From a bacterium (lineage in GTDB: Bacteria > UBA8248): a stretch of 64,000 bases of DNA. Under the pieces are notes generated by a model. The model made no database searches. It was not told where the DNA came from and saw nothing but the letters and a program-made list of their open reading frames with translations. Shown piece by piece: positions 63,423-64,000 of the stretch. Every line of letters starts with the position of its first letter. Position 1 is the first letter of the stretch. The translations under genes were made by a program, and so were the position numbers. The stretch covers positions 800,001-864,000 of the forward strand of contig CBDBZU010000004.1 in the NCBI GenBank assembly GCA_965213625.1. Direction: 5' to 3'.

Positions 63423-64000
63423 ATGGATGAATTTGAATTTTTCTTTCAAAAATCCTGGTCGGATGGTCTGCCGGTAATCCCCCCAACCCAGGAACGGATG
63501 GCCACCATGCTCTCGGGCACCAGACTCGGGGCTTCGGAGGTCATTGGATTGGTGCCGCCCCTCATGGGAGAGGCCAGCGTTGAAGCTGTTGCCGCGCACG
63601 CCGTGATGGCGGGCTGTGAACCATCGTATTTGCCTGTCGTTCTTGCAGGACTCAGAGCGCTCCTTGCACCGAAACTCAACTTGAACGGCGTGCAGGGCAC
63701 CATGCACAGTGCAGCCCCTTTGATCATCGTGAATGGTCCATATGCGAAAATAATCGGTCTGCACGGCGGAACGGGGTGCTTTGGTCCGGGTTTTCGGGCG
63801 AATGCGACGATTGGCCGCGCCATCCGGCTTATGCTCATGAACCTGGGCGGCGGTGTGCCGGTTTCCGCCTCGATGAGCACGTTCGGCTCTCCTGCCAGAT
63901 ATACGTTTTGCATTGCCGAAAATGAAGCGGAAAGCCCTTGGGAGCCATTGTCCGTCACGAGAGGATTTCATCAGGATGACGATGTTGTAACCGCCGTGAT
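63423..64000 (+). CDS. uncharacterised 'WSDGLP' family protein, paralog 3 (truncated by the window end)
   Basis: Translates MDEFEFFFQKSWSDGLPVIPPTQERM...HAVMAGC...GCFGPG; absent from the ORF track because no stop lies in the window. Confidence 0.75.
   Translation, partial: MDEFEFFFQKSWSDGLPVIPPTQERMATMLSGTRLGASEVIGLVPPLMGEASVEAVAAHAVMAGCEPSYLPVVLAGLRALLAPKLNLNGVQGTMHSAAPLIIVNGPYAKIIGLHGGTGCFGPGFRANATIGRAIRLMLMNLGGGVPVSASMSTFGSPARYTFCIAENEAESPWEPLSVTRGFHQDDDVVTAV

Overview
GC-rich bacterial chromosomal window of mostly metabolic and housekeeping genes. It holds hydrolases and oxidoreductases, an RND pump, a two-domain ThyX, TRAP/TAXI, SSS and TctABC transporters, tRNA-Arg(ACG), a full aa3-type cytochrome c oxidase cluster, proA, a RimK-like ligase, hemW, rqcH-yicC-gmk-coaBC-udg, an atypical pyrF, rarA and three tandem paralogs of an uncharacterised ~345-aa family. 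The most striking structure is in the intergenic DNA. Four ~1.52-kb copies of one IS1182-family element all sit in the same 4-nt loop (TCAA/TTGA) of a hairpin belonging to a ~170-220-bp inverted REP doublet; an empty copy of the doublet lies at 6419-6584. The doublets are themselves enclosed by non-autonomous elements whose ends resemble the IS terminal repeats, giving a nested IS-in-REP-in-MITE architecture in which the transposase may spread its own landing pads (inference). Other points of interest are two duplicated sigma54-driven 66-aa membrane microproteins with C-terminal Ala-Ala tails upstream of a USP, several further palindromic repeat families, and a small covarying hairpin repeat. 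All assignments come from motif recognition by eye; no database search was run.
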